Positions 1-9,873 of a DNA stretch of 64,000 nucleotides are shown here, in pieces. The notes beneath the pieces are model-generated. The model had not been told where the DNA came from. It ran no database searches and was given only the letters and a program-made list of their open reading frames with translations. The stretch covers positions 29,403 to 93,402 of the forward strand of contig JAHFEJ010000003.1 in the NCBI GenBank assembly GCA_023248535.1. The letters run 5' to 3'. Each line of letters starts with the position of its first letter. Positions within the stretch are counted from its first letter, which is position 1. The translations under genes and the position numbers were made by a program. Origin of the DNA: Nitrospinales bacterium (GTDB lineage: Bacteria; Nitrospinota_A; UBA7883; JACRGQ01).

Positions 1-1
1 C

Positions 2-1246
2 GCCCGCCTTGAATGGCCGAAGGAGAAGCTGGAGATACAGGTGCTGGACGATTCGGCCGACGATACCGTCGGCATTGTCGATGAAACCGTTGCGCGGCTA
101 ACGCTTGAAGGGGTGAATATCAGGGTGCTCAGGCGCACTAACCGGAACGGATTCAAGGCGGGGGCGTTGCAGGAGGGGATGGAAAAAGCGGCGGGAAAAC
201 TCATCGCCATTTTCGACGCCGATTTTCTTCCGCAACCCGGCTTTCTGAAAAAAACGGCGCCCTGCTTCGCCGATCCGAAAGTCGGCATGGTGCAGGCGCG
301 GTGGACCTTCCTTAACGCCGAGGCGTCGTGGCTCACCGCCGTGCAGTCGCTTCTGCTCAGCCCGCATTTCGGCATCGAACACCGTGTGCGCTGCGGGCGC
401 AAACTTTTTTTCAACTTCAACGGAACGGCCGGCATTTGGCGGCGGACGGCGATAGAATCCGCCGGCGGCTGGAAGGCCGACACGGTCACCGAAGACCTCG
501 ATCTAAGCTACCGCGCCCAGATGCAAGGATGGAAGTTTGTCTACCGCGACGATATCGCGGTTCCCTCCGAGCTTCCCATCACCCTTGCGGGGTTCCGCAG
601 CCAGCAGCAGCGGTGGGCCAAAGGCTCCATACAAACGGCGCGCAAGGTGCTGCCGCGCCTGCTTGTTTCGCGGTTGCCGTTTGCGGTAAAGGCCGAGGCG
701 GCGGCGCACCTGTTGGCGAACCTCGGCTGGCTGCTCGGCACGGTCACCACCCTTACGCTGTACGCCGCCATCGCCTGGCGCGTCGGCATCGGGCCGTATC
801 AGTTGCTGAAGGTCGACGTGCCGCTGCTTGCCGGAACCAGTTTTGCCATTTTGATCTACTTTTTCGCGTATTCCCTTGCCAGCGGGGCGGGCCGCACCGT
901 GCGGTGGCTGCCGATCCTTCCCGTCTTCAGCATCGGCATGTCCCCCAGCATCGCCCTTTCCGTCATCAAGGGGGCGCTGAGCAACGGCGGCTTTTTTGAG
1001 CGGACGCCAAAATTCGGATTGCAGGGGAGCCAGCCGCCGCCGCTGTTGGCGTTCCTCTACCGGCAAAAGGCGGTGCCGTACCTTTTTATGAACAGCCTCT
1101 TCCTGCTCTACAGTTTTATACCTATCATCTTTTCGTGGCAAAGGGGAACCTGGCTCGCCATCCCGTTCCTGTCGCTCTTTCCCGCCGGGTTCATGCTGGT
1201 GATAATGAAAGACCTCGCCGACATGGCGTGTCTCCGCCACGGTTAG
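2..1246 (+). CDS. Family-2 glycosyltransferase, processive type (cellulose-synthase-like / glucosyltransferase). 5'-partial: the reading frame is open to the window start.
   Basis: DxD-type motifs (FDADF), a QxxRW motif (FRSQQQRWAKGS), and multiple C-terminal TM helices. No stop codon upstream within this frame. Confidence 0.7.
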   Translation, partial: ARLEWPKEKLEIQVLDDSADDTVGIVDETVARLTLEGVNIRVLRRTNRNGFKAGALQEGMEKAAGKLIAIFDADFLPQPGFLKKTAPCFADPKVGMVQARWTFLNAEASWLTAVQSLLLSPHFGIEHRVRCGRKLFFNFNGTAGIWRRTAIESAGGWKADTVTEDLDLSYRAQMQGWKFVYRDDIAVPSELPITLAGFRSQQQRWAKGSIQTARKVLPRLLVSRLPFAVKAEAAAHLLANLGWLLGTVTTLTLYAAIAWRVGIGPYQLLKVDVPLLAGTSFAILIYFFAYSLASGAGRTVRWLPILPVFSIGMSPSIALSVIKGALSNGGFFERTPKFGLQGSQPPPLLAFLYRQKAVPYLFMNSLFLLYSFIPIIFSWQRGTWLAIPFLSLFPAGFMLVIMKDLADMACLRHG

Positions 1247-1264
1247 TGCTCCCCGCTGAGGTAA

Positions 1265-1422
1265 GGCCGCCGGTTAATGAACCACAGAGGCACGGAGCCA
1301 CAGAGGGGAAAAGAGGGAGCATAACCTGGAAGGTTGTCATACTGAGGGAGCGTTAGCGGCCGAAGTATCTCTTTCCGGCAAGAGCAATGAAGGTTTCCTC
1401 TGTGTCTCTGAGTCTCTGTGGT
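1265..1422. repeat. MITE/REP-like palindromic repeat element, copy A. Terminal inverted repeats are CCACAGAG...CTCTGTGG.
   Basis: About 85% identical to 7164-7366. Internal inverted repeats are present. Intergenic position directly after a GT2 gene. Confidence 0.6.
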
Positions 1423-1462
1423 TATACCCATTTTGGAAATGCGGCGGCATCGCAACGGCGGA

Positions 1463-2347
1463 TCACTGGGAAGAGAGTTTCCACCACGCCTCCATCCCCC
1501 CTTCGTAGTTGCGCGCATCGGGCAGCCCCGCAAGCCGGTGCACCATCCACGCATAGCCGCTGCGGACGCCCCCCCGGCAATAGTAGACGACCGGTTTTGC
1601 GGTGTCGACGCCATTCTCCTTCAGCAGCTGTTTGAACGCCGCCGCGTTCAGCGGATGGCGGTCGTCGCCGGTGTAGAAGTTGGTCCACTCGATGTGGATC
1701 GCCCCCGGTATCCTGCCGCGCAGCCACTCCAGCGTCGAGCGGGTGTCCACCAATACCATCGGGGTTTTCCGCTGCTCGATCTCGGCGGTGGAAATATCAA
1801 GCTGCGGCTGGAGGGTGTAATGGTAAACGGTTTTTTCCGCAGCTTTCGGCGCGTCTGATGTGACCGGGAGTGCGCCGTTCCGCCACGCCTGAATGCCGCC
1901 GTTCAAAATGCGCACGGGGCCGCCGTGTCCCAGCCAGGCGAATGTCCATGCGGCCCACCCCTCGCCGCCCCAGCTTTTGTCGGCATCGCCGTAAATGACG
2001 ATGGAGGTTTTTTCGCCGATCCCCATTTCCCCCAGCGCCGCCGCCAGTTCCCGCGGGGGGAGCGCCCGGAACGGTATTCCTTTCTCGTCGGTTCTGGTAA
2101 AGTTCTCCCATGAAAACGACAGCGCGCCAGGGATGTGGCCGGCTTGCCACTCGGCCTTTGGCCGGGCGTCAAGGATCACGAATTTTGAGAGGCCGCCTTT
2201 CAGCGCGGAAGGTTCGATCAGGCTTATGGTGCCGGCCATTGCGTGTTCCCCCGAAAATAGCGTTAGGGTCATGGTGAATAATACCGCCAGCGGCAGTCTC
2301 AATCCATATCCGCCGCATCGATTCATTGTCATGGGCATTCCCGTCAT
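1463..2347 (-). CDS. Tandem-rhodanese-domain sulfurtransferase (thiosulfate/3-mercaptopyruvate sulfurtransferase-like), secreted.
   Basis: Two rhodanese-like halves and an active-site loop CRGGVRS. N-terminal signal peptide. Confidence 0.8.
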   Translation of the reverse strand: MTGMPMTMNRCGGYGLRLPLAVLFTMTLTLFSGEHAMAGTISLIEPSALKGGLSKFVILDARPKAEWQAGHIPGALSFSWENFTRTDEKGIPFRALPPRELAAALGEMGIGEKTSIVIYGDADKSWGGEGWAAWTFAWLGHGGPVRILNGGIQAWRNGALPVTSDAPKAAEKTVYHYTLQPQLDISTAEIEQRKTPMVLVDTRSTLEWLRGRIPGAIHIEWTNFYTGDDRHPLNAAAFKQLLKENGVDTAKPVVYYCRGGVRSGYAWMVHRLAGLPDARNYEGGMEAWWKLSSQ

Positions 2348-3686
2348 CGTCGCGCTCTCCTATTGCTTCATCGCTTTTCAGGCCGACCTTCGTTATTCCA
2401 TCCCCGCCCTGGTGGGGGCATCCGCCCTCATCGTCGCTGCCCTTGCCTTCTCGCTCTATTACGGCGAGTCGAAAAACATCGGCTGGTCGCCGCGCACGGT
2501 TATCATTATCGCCGCCGCGCTCCGGTTATTGTTCCTGTTCCGTTCGCCGGAACTTTCCGACGACATCTTCCGCTACCTATGGGACGGTCTGACATCGGCC
2601 CACGGCGGCAACCCTTACGCCTTCGCCCCGTCCGCCGCGCAACCGGCAGCCGACGGACTTCTTGCCCATGTCAACCACCCGCATTTGATTACCATTTATC
2701 CCCCCGCCGCACAAATTATTTTTGCCGAGGGGGCGTTGCTGGGCGGCATGTTGGGAATGAAGGCGCTGCTTGTAGCGGCGGATGTCGCCGTCTGCGCAAT
2801 TATTCTGCGCCTCCTTTCGCGGATGAAATTGCCGCCGTCGCGGGCGGTCATTTACGCATGGCATCCGCTCCCCATTCTGGAGATCGCCTCGTCGGGGCAT
2901 ATCGATGGCGCGGGAGTTTTTTTCCTGATGCTGGCGTTCATGTTCCTGATTCCGGCCAAGAATGCGCCAAGCCTCCCCGGTTCAAGAAGCTGGCTGCCCC
3001 CCGCGCTGGCGGGCTTGGCTTTTTCCGCCGCCGCACTGGTAAAGCTGTTCCCGTTAGTTTTGTTTCCGTTGTTTGTTTTTCTGGCCGGACGGAAGGGGAG
3101 GGGGGCGTTCATCGCGGGGGCCGCATTTGGCGCGGCAATGCTGACGGTTCCTTTTCTTCCCCATGTCTTTAACATCTTCTCCACGCTGGATGTCTACGTG
3201 CGCAATTGGGAATTCGCCGGATTTGCGTTTCAGGCGCTTCACCTCCTGATTCCCGCCGGGGCCGCCGCGCGGTGGCTGCTTGCGGCCTTTTTTCTCCTCA
3301 TAACGGCCTTTGTCTACTTCTCCCTTTTCCGCAAACGCGAGGGTCGGGAAAAGGACGTTTCCCCTTTTTCCCTGTTTCCGGCCGCGTTTCAGGCCGCCTA
3401 CGGCATCACGCTGGCCTTCCTTTTGCTCACGCCGACATTGCATCCGTGGTACGCGCTTTATCTGGCCTGCTTTCTGCCGTTTGTTCCGGGAGCCGCCGGG
3501 CTGGTGATGACGTGGGCGGTTCTGCTTTCTTACCGCGTGCTTATCAACTACGCGCTTCTGGGCGTGTGGGAGGAGAGGGACGATATCCCCGCCCTCATCT
3601 GGCTGTCCACCATTGGCGCGCCGCTTCTCTGCTGGCTGCTGGCCGAAAAGCGTGCAGCCCGCTTCATTCGCCGGATAACGGGGTAA
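2331..3686 (+). CDS. Polytopic integral membrane protein, putative GT-C-type glycosyltransferase (DUF2029/PMT-like). The start was chosen at an internal ATG to avoid antisense overlap with the rhodanese gene.
   Basis: At least 10 predicted TM helices. Periplasmic-loop motif FRYLWDGL...HGGNPY. Lies next to GT2 genes. Confidence 0.4.
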   Translation: MGIPVIVALSYCFIAFQADLRYSIPALVGASALIVAALAFSLYYGESKNIGWSPRTVIIIAAALRLLFLFRSPELSDDIFRYLWDGLTSAHGGNPYAFAPSAAQPAADGLLAHVNHPHLITIYPPAAQIIFAEGALLGGMLGMKALLVAADVAVCAIILRLLSRMKLPPSRAVIYAWHPLPILEIASSGHIDGAGVFFLMLAFMFLIPAKNAPSLPGSRSWLPPALAGLAFSAAALVKLFPLVLFPLFVFLAGRKGRGAFIAGAAFGAAMLTVPFLPHVFNIFSTLDVYVRNWEFAGFAFQALHLLIPAGAAARWLLAAFFLLITAFVYFSLFRKREGREKDVSPFSLFPAAFQAAYGITLAFLLLTPTLHPWYALYLACFLPFVPGAAGLVMTWAVLLSYRVLINYALLGVWEERDDIPALIWLSTIGAPLLCWLLAEKRAARFIRRITG

Positions 3687-3696
3687 AATAACGCGC

Positions 3697-4539
3697 ATGG
3701 CGGCTATTGAGGAGCGCGCGGCAAATGTCCTTCCTTCCCCTCTTTGGAAAAGAGGGGCCAGGGGGGATTTTTTTAAAAATCCCCCTCCGCGCGCGGCGCG
3801 GATGCCGGTGGCGGCTGTTTTGGTTTTTCTGTTCTCTCTCACTGCATCCGCGTACGCCTTCGATTTCAGCGGGTGGGACGCGATCCTGAAGAAAAACACG
3901 AGGCCCGCGAATTACGGGGGCATCGAATATACCGGTTTCGATTATGCGGCGCTCCGCGGCTCGCGGGAGTTTGACGCGCTGTTCGCCGGACTGGACTCAT
4001 TCCCGCCGTCGGAGCTGCACGGCAGGGATGAAACATTGGCGTTTTGGATAAACGTCTACAACATTTTCGCGGTGAAGCTGGTGCGCGATCATTACCCCGT
4101 TGCGGGCATCAAGGATGTGGGAAGCCTTTTTTCCCCGGTCTGGAAGAAGCCCGCCGGAAAAGTCGGCGGAAAAAGTTACTCGCTTGACGATATCGAGCAG
4201 GGGATACTGCGCCCGATGAAGGAGCCGGGCATCCACTTCGCCATCGTCTGCGCCTCGGTATCGTGCCCCGACCTGCGGCCGGAGGCGTATACGGCATCGG
4301 CGTTGAAAGACCAATTGAAATCCCAGGCCGTCCTCTTCCTCGCCAACGGCGGTAAAGGGCTGCGCATCGACAGGGATAAAATGACGGCGCATCTTTCAAA
4401 AATATTCGGCTGGTATGAAAAGGATTTCGACGCGTCCGGCGGCGTCATTGGCTTTATCAACAGCCGCGGTGGAAGCATTCCCCCCGGCTATGCGGCAGAG
4501 TATCTCCCCTACAACTGGGATTTGAATACCGTACGATGA
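3697..4539 (+). CDS. DUF547-family protein, probably secreted.
   Basis: FWINVYNIFAVKLV motif typical of DUF547. An internal signal-peptide-like segment (MPVAAVLVFLFSLTASAYA) suggests the true start lies downstream of 3697. Confidence 0.55.
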   Translation: MAAIEERAANVLPSPLWKRGARGDFFKNPPPRAARMPVAAVLVFLFSLTASAYAFDFSGWDAILKKNTRPANYGGIEYTGFDYAALRGSREFDALFAGLDSFPPSELHGRDETLAFWINVYNIFAVKLVRDHYPVAGIKDVGSLFSPVWKKPAGKVGGKSYSLDDIEQGILRPMKEPGIHFAIVCASVSCPDLRPEAYTASALKDQLKSQAVLFLANGGKGLRIDRDKMTAHLSKIFGWYEKDFDASGGVIGFINSRGGSIPPGYAAEYLPYNWDLNTVR

Positions 4540-5240
4540 GCAGCCCGGTTCCCTCGTTCAGCTTCATCGTTCCCGCGCTCAACGAAGAAAAAAATCTTCC
4601 CGCCGCCATCGCCGAGATCGTGTCCGCGGCCCGCGCGGGGGGCGTATCGGATTACGAGATCATCGTGGTGGACGACGGCAGCACGGACGGGACCGTCGCG
4701 GCGGTGGAGCAGCTTTGCGCGCGCTACGGCAATATCACGCTCATGTGCAACGAAACCAGAAGAGGGGTCGGCAAAAGTTTCTTGGCCGGCGCCGCCATCG
4801 CCCGAAAGGAGTACTGTCTCATCGTCCCCGGCGATAACGAGTTCGATCTTGGTTTTTTTTCCCGCGCGGTCGCCACTCTTGCCGGCGGCGAGGCGGACTT
4901 TATTGTCACCCATGTGGTGAATTCTGGGCTTCGCCCGTGCCACCGGCGCGTCATCTCGTTCCTCTATCTCGGCCTCTTCAACTTCCTGTTCGGTACCCGC
5001 TTCCGGTATACCAACGGGATTGTCATCTATCCCGCGGCATGGATACGGTCGGCGAAACTGCTGTCGGGGGGATACACCTTTCAGAGCGAGGCGCTGTTAA
5101 AAGCGCACCGCGAAGGAAAGCGGTTCGCCCACGCGGGGATGAATATCCGGCCCCGCGCCCACGGCAGATCGAAGATATTTTCGTTCGGCGTTCTGGCGGA
5201 AGTCCTCGCCTCCCTTGCCCGTATAAAACGCGCCCCCTGA
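4536..5240 (+). CDS. Family-2 glycosyltransferase (dolichyl-/polyprenyl-phosphate sugar synthase-like).
   Basis: FSFIVPALNEE...IIVVDDGSTDGT motif. ATGA start/stop overlap with the upstream gene. Confidence 0.75.
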   Translation: MSSPVPSFSFIVPALNEEKNLPAAIAEIVSAARAGGVSDYEIIVVDDGSTDGTVAAVEQLCARYGNITLMCNETRRGVGKSFLAGAAIARKEYCLIVPGDNEFDLGFFSRAVATLAGGEADFIVTHVVNSGLRPCHRRVISFLYLGLFNFLFGTRFRYTNGIVIYPAAWIRSAKLLSGGYTFQSEALLKAHREGKRFAHAGMNIRPRAHGRSKIFSFGVLAEVLASLARIKRAP

Positions 5241-5458
5241 ATTGGCGCGGATTAACGGGTCAAGGGCGATGTGGATTTCCAACCATAGAAGCGGCTTTAG
5301 CTTGCTGCGACGGCGGGAAGGCATGTTCCGAAAACGGCAAAATGCCCGGCTCCCAAAAGCTGAACGGCTTTTTGATTCAGAATATGGAGGATGAGATGGT
5401 AAATTGTGTGTACTGGCGTGAATAGCTATTATTACCCGGGACGTGGAGTATTATCCCG

Positions 5459-7042
5459 GTGTTAAGGAAGGAAGGGGATATGGGGTCATCTGGAAAATGC
5501 CGGATGAAACACGTTGTATTGCGAAGTTTGGCCGCCTATGGCTTAGTTTTGATTTTCCTTCCGGGTTGTAGCGGGGGCAAGGGTGTTAATGACGCCAATG
5601 GGGCGGCCTTGGTCAACTTCCTTATCCCTGACGCATCTCAAATGCTTTACACCGGCAGCAGCTATATCTTCATGGCCCAGGCTCAAGGAGCATTAAACGC
5701 GACGGTCAAAGATCAATCGCAAACCACCTTGGGCTGTAGTTATAATCCCGCCACAGGACTTATCAGTTGCGCATATGTTCCATCCGTTGCCGGGACTCTT
5801 ACGCTAACGCTCACGGCGGCCTTGCCAGATGGAACAACCCAAACGGCCTCAAGGCAATTCACGGTGTCCACGCCAACGGGAATCTACCCTTTGGGCGACA
5901 GGTTTATGTATGGCTTCTACTCGGTAAGTACGAACAGGTTTGCGGCGGTTCAAGCATTAAGCTATGTGAACGCAAGCCATGAATACTGCCCTGCATGCAC
6001 CGCCAACGGCAGGCTGAATTATATCAATGCGGCAAAAGCGTCTGGACTAAGCGCATTCGCCTCGATGGATTATGATATAAACGGTTCCGCTTCCACCCCG
6101 GCCACTAATAGCTGCGTTACAGCCCCCTCGGTCTGCACAAGCGCCATAGATGCCATGGCGCCGAACGCGAATTTTCTGATTTGGGACATCCCCGAGGAAA
6201 TGGATTACCTCATTTCTTCGCAGATGAACGCGATGACAACCATCGCGGCATACGCGCATGCCCACGATCCCATGAAACGTCCCGTATACATGTATATCGC
6301 GTCTAATTATACAGCCAAGGACATCCAGAACTATGTCCCTTACCTCGACATCATTGGAGCGGGCGCTTACGGAATTGACAATAGCCAGCCATCGGCATGG
6401 GTGAGGTGGAGGGCGGAGGCCGAAGTCAATGCGATCATCGCCGCAGGCTACACCACGCAACAGAAAACCCCGATTCTGGTCACCGAAGCTTTCTGTTCAC
6501 CCCGCGGTTGCACCGCTGGAGCCAATTTCATTCACGACACCTTTACCGGACTGGCGGCGGGATTGAAGGGCATTATGGTCTATGGCTACGAGCAAATGCT
6601 TTCAACGGCCGCGGATACTCCAGCGGCGGCCGCCAAAACAATAAACTTGGTCATGGGTACCGAGGCGTTGGGCGAGTGGGTGGTAAAGGGAAAGAGCAAA
6701 GGCGATTTGACGGTAGTCATCACGAGTGGATCGCTCACGACACCGTTTTTTACTCCCGACCATGGCGAACCAACCCAGAATTTTCCATCCGTCCGCGCGG
6801 CGGCTTTTGATTGGGCGGGGGTGCGATTGGTGATTGCGGTCAATTCGTCGCCTTTGCCGGTCACGGCCATCCTTTCCGGTTTGCCAACCGGGGTGTCTTT
6901 TGCAAACGTCGTAAACGAATCAAGATACGCCATGATTACAGGCGGCGCTTTGACGGATTCGTTCGATGGGCTTGGAGTTCATATTTACAAGGTGCCAATG
7001 GTGGGCCAACAAAGCGATGGACACTGGATTTCACTCCAATAG
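5459..7042 (+). CDS. Lipoprotein, putative clan GH-A (TIM-barrel) glycoside hydrolase. Encoded on a lower-GC insert.
   Basis: Lipobox LIFLPGC. Candidate acid/base motif IWDIPEE and nucleophile motif ILVTEAF lie about 120 aa apart, as in GH5-like enzymes. The functional assignment is tentative. Confidence 0.45.
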   Translation: MLRKEGDMGSSGKCRMKHVVLRSLAAYGLVLIFLPGCSGGKGVNDANGAALVNFLIPDASQMLYTGSSYIFMAQAQGALNATVKDQSQTTLGCSYNPATGLISCAYVPSVAGTLTLTLTAALPDGTTQTASRQFTVSTPTGIYPLGDRFMYGFYSVSTNRFAAVQALSYVNASHEYCPACTANGRLNYINAAKASGLSAFASMDYDINGSASTPATNSCVTAPSVCTSAIDAMAPNANFLIWDIPEEMDYLISSQMNAMTTIAAYAHAHDPMKRPVYMYIASNYTAKDIQNYVPYLDIIGAGAYGIDNSQPSAWVRWRAEAEVNAIIAAGYTTQQKTPILVTEAFCSPRGCTAGANFIHDTFTGLAAGLKGIMVYGYEQMLSTAADTPAAAAKTINLVMGTEALGEWVVKGKSKGDLTVVITSGSLTTPFFTPDHGEPTQNFPSVRAAAFDWAGVRLVIAVNSSPLPVTAILSGLPTGVSFANVVNESRYAMITGGALTDSFDGLGVHIYKVPMVGQQSDGHWISLQ

Positions 7043-7094
7043 CGGGGGGTTGAAAAACCCCGCTTGAAAGGCAAGCTTCCTGTTTTTGCGCTGA

Positions 7095-7151
7095 TAAATC
7101 CCGGATCGCCGGAAGTCATCGCCTCCCTTGCCCGCATAAAACACGCCGCCC
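7095..7151 (+). pseudogene. Duplicated 3'-end fragment of the GT2 gene at 4536-5240 (...PEVIASLARIKHAARS*).
   Basis: About 90% nucleotide identity to 5196-5236. The same reading frame is retained. Confidence 0.45.
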
Positions 7152-7163
7152 GGAGTTAGCGTT

Positions 7164-7366
7164 TAAGGCCGGATTAATTCATGTCGTTTTATCGCGGTTG
7201 CATTTATGGAATTGAAGGGGCGATAGACCACAGAGTCACAGAGACACGGAGGGGAAAGAGGGGGCATAGCCTGAAAGGTTGTCATGCTGAGGGAGGGCTG
7301 GCGACCGAAGTATCTCTTTCCGGATAGAGCAATGAAGGTTTTCTCTGTGCCTCCGTGTCTCAGTGG
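7164..7366. repeat. MITE/REP-like palindromic repeat element, copy B.
   Basis: Aligns to 1265-1422, including the flank ttaaggccgg...ttaat and the terminal inverted repeats CCACAGAG/CTCAGTGG. Confidence 0.6.
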
Positions 7367-7524
7367 TTTTTTCTACAGTTCTTCCACCCCATTTTTACGC
7401 GGGCACATCAAGCATGCGTGGCGGAAAAGGTGAAATTGGCGCGGTTGGCGCAAATGAAAGTTTGCGCGCCCTCAAAGCGGGAGGTTCTGGCGGAGATGGA
7501 GGTTTTGGGGCCTCACGGAGGATT

Positions 7525-7578
7525 TGCGTGAAAAGAAAGAAGCGTTTTTCACGCCGTTCCGTGTTCCGGAACGGCGTG
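7525..7578 (-). terminator. Intrinsic terminator of the FNR gene.
   Basis: 12-bp stem cacgccgttccg/cggaacggcgtg with loop gaaca, followed on the minus strand by a T-rich tract, immediately after the stop codon. Confidence 0.45.
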
Positions 7579-7593
7579 AAACGTGATGGCCGG

Positions 7594-8409
7594 TTACCAG
7601 AACCGTTCGAGGTGTACCTGGCCCGGCTCCTTTTTCTTGTGCTCCCTGAACCCTTCGGCTGACAGCAGCTGCGACATCTCTTCCGCCATCGCCGGGGCGC
7701 CGCAAAGAAAGATGTGCGTGTTCTCCGGTTTCAACGGAGCGCCCCATCGCTGCTCAAGAACTTTTTTCCGCCACACGTCCTGCACATAGCCGCCATGGCC
7801 GGTCCATCCTTCCTTCTCGTCGCCGGGACGGCTGATGACGGGGAGGTAGGCGAAGTTTTTAAAATAATACGCCAGCGTGGAAAGCTCGGCGCGGTATCCC
7901 AGGTCCCACGAATGGCGCGCGCCATGAATGACGGCAAACCGCCGGTTGGGCCGTTCCTTGAATTCCGTGCGGATCATGCTCATGTACGGCGCGATGCCGG
8001 TGCCGGTGGCCACCATGACAATGTTCGCCTGTTCGGGAACCTCCTTCAGCGTGAACATCCCCTTGAACTTCTCTCCCAGAAAAACAGCGTCCCCCTCCTT
8101 GAGCGCGAAAACCCGGGGAGTAAGCGATCCGCTGCGGATGAGGGTGATGTACAGTTCGACGTACTCTTTTTCCTTTGACGACGAGGCGATGGAGTAGGCC
8201 CGCTTGATAAGCTTGTCGGCGGGCGGCGCCTCCGTTTCGGGATCGGAAAGTTCGGCGCGTTTGGCGGAACCGGGAAGGGCGAGCACGGCGTACTGGCCCG
8301 CTTCAAAATCCGGCAGCGTCCATCCATTGGGCCGGACGGTTAAAATTATCAATCCGGGCGCGACTTCAACCCGCTTCAGGATAACGGCATTCAACTGGTT
8401 TTCTTCCAT
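7594..8409 (-). CDS. fpr: Ferredoxin--NADP(+) reductase.
   Basis: FAD-binding motif RAYSIAS and NADP-binding motif MVATGTGIAP. Length about 270 aa. Confidence 0.85.
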   Translation of the reverse strand: MEENQLNAVILKRVEVAPGLIILTVRPNGWTLPDFEAGQYAVLALPGSAKRAELSDPETEAPPADKLIKRAYSIASSSKEKEYVELYITLIRSGSLTPRVFALKEGDAVFLGEKFKGMFTLKEVPEQANIVMVATGTGIAPYMSMIRTEFKERPNRRFAVIHGARHSWDLGYRAELSTLAYYFKNFAYLPVISRPGDEKEGWTGHGGYVQDVWRKKVLEQRWGAPLKPENTHIFLCGAPAMAEEMSQLLSAEGFREHKKKEPGQVHLERFW

Positions 8410-8590
8410 GACGGTGTCCTCCGTTAATTGTCCGCCACCATTATATTTGAAAACCGCTTCATCTCCGATTTATTCGGGTGAAGTGGGATGATGGCTAAAC
8501 CCTCATGTTACACACACCGGCGGCTAAGAATACGTCATCCATCTTGAGCCTATCGGCGCAGGCCGGAGCCGACTGGCGCGAACCATTATT

Positions 8591-9316
8591 TCACGAGGTA
8601 AATTCGTCCAAAGTACCGTCACATTCAATGTCAAGTGCGTATTGATATTTATAAAAGGGCAATCCATAAAAAAAAGAATTTTCGCTTGCTACAAGTAAAG
8701 CAACAATATTCCCAAAAGTATCCATTATTGGAGCCCCACTGCATCCCCAATAATAATCCGGGCCATTATACTGAGCATTGCATTTAAAAATGTAATAGTC
8801 CTTATCTTCCTTGATGTAGTTCAGATCAATCTCAGTGTGCAGTTCAGCATTTTTTACACTTCCATCCAATTTGTTATTTCGTAGTCCTGCGAACCCATAT
8901 TTGTAATCTAACATAGGTTTTATATTGCAATTAAGGGGGGTGATCTTTCTTTGCGTTTCTTTCAAAATGCATCCTTCTTTGGATATCTCCTGATAGAAAG
9001 CTTGAACATCTTCAGCTATTATTTTAAACGTAAAGTCAACATCATCAACCTTCTTTTCATCCAGTTGAATTATTTTCAAATAGGTCATATTGCCCAAGGG
9101 AATAGTTAATGTCCCCCTTCCAGGAACAAATTTACTTTGAATAGACCATATTTCATTGGGCCTCAAAGCATGGAAAACAGAAAGAATCAGATTCTTTCCT
9201 TTATAAGACACCAAGCAACCTGACGCATAAGCAATTGGCAAATTTTCCGAATCAAGTTGAATTAGAGGAACGCTAGCATTTATTAGTATTGATCTCCATT
9301 CTATATTTTTGTCCAT
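8591..9316 (-). CDS. Hypothetical protein on an AT-rich islet. Possible chymotrypsin-fold serine peptidase.
   Basis: Codon usage and GC are far below the surrounding genes. GCSGAPI resembles the GDSGGP catalytic-serine motif. A candidate catalytic His lies in LSVFHAL. Confidence 0.5.
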   Translation of the reverse strand: MDKNIEWRSILINASVPLIQLDSENLPIAYASGCLVSYKGKNLILSVFHALRPNEIWSIQSKFVPGRGTLTIPLGNMTYLKIIQLDEKKVDDVDFTFKIIAEDVQAFYQEISKEGCILKETQRKITPLNCNIKPMLDYKYGFAGLRNNKLDGSVKNAELHTEIDLNYIKEDKDYYIFKCNAQYNGPDYYWGCSGAPIMDTFGNIVALLVASENSFFYGLPFYKYQYALDIECDGTLDEFTS

Positions 9317-9436
9317 ATACCCTTTCGGTTTAAAGCAATTTTTTTGTAATCATCTAAAGCTTAAATTAGCACATCCAGAAAATTATGGGAAATGGCTAAA
9401 ACACGTCAAAAGGCCACTGTTTTCACCCAGTGTCGA

Positions 9437-9870
9437 TGTTTGTCTTTGTTGGCGGGCACACTCACAATGGACTCGGCCACACTCGCGGCAACATCACGTT
9501 GCCGCTCGCGCGGCCCCCGGCGTTTTCCCGCCAAACATCCTGTTTGGCGTCACTCCCTTACCGGTCGCGCACGAAACCGCCGTTCGAGTCCTGGTGGCCG
9601 GCGCAATTTGGGATATGGGATGGAGCGAACTTGTTTGTTGGACGTGGTCAGAGGAAAAATGGTGGGCCCACACCCGAAGGACTCGGCCACTCTCGGGCTC
9701 GCATCACGCTCGCCCTCCATCGGCCCCGACTCGCTTCCTTGTCCCGCATCCATGCGGGCCAACACTCGCTTATCGCTCGTGTGCGGAAGCTCGCTTTCGA
9801 GTCCTGGGGGCCAGCGTAAAAGCGTGATTGGGGATGTAGCGGTCTTGATTGTGGGACATGGTCAGAGGAA
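9437..9870. repeat. Two degenerate tandem units of about 215 bp, each ending in gtggtcagaggaaaaatggtgggcccac. They carry direct and inverted fragments of the tRNA-Met 3' end.
   Basis: tggtgggcccac...ggactcgg occurs at 9657, and the authentic tRNA 3' end is at 9874. Inverted copies ttcgagtcctggtgg are at 9583 and 9797. Confidence 0.5.
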
Positions 9871-9873
9871 AAA

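Noticed and set aside
328-1240. Long ORFs in alternate frames and on the antisense strand of the GT2 gene (328-999 +, 503-1240 -). The same pattern recurs throughout the window, for example at 10291-11697, 12639-13823, 21613-22905, 36153-37967 and 61762-63438.
   Set aside because: These are Arg/Pro/Gly-rich, low-complexity translations typical of high-GC DNA, and they overlap well-supported conserved genes. No RBS or domain signal was found.
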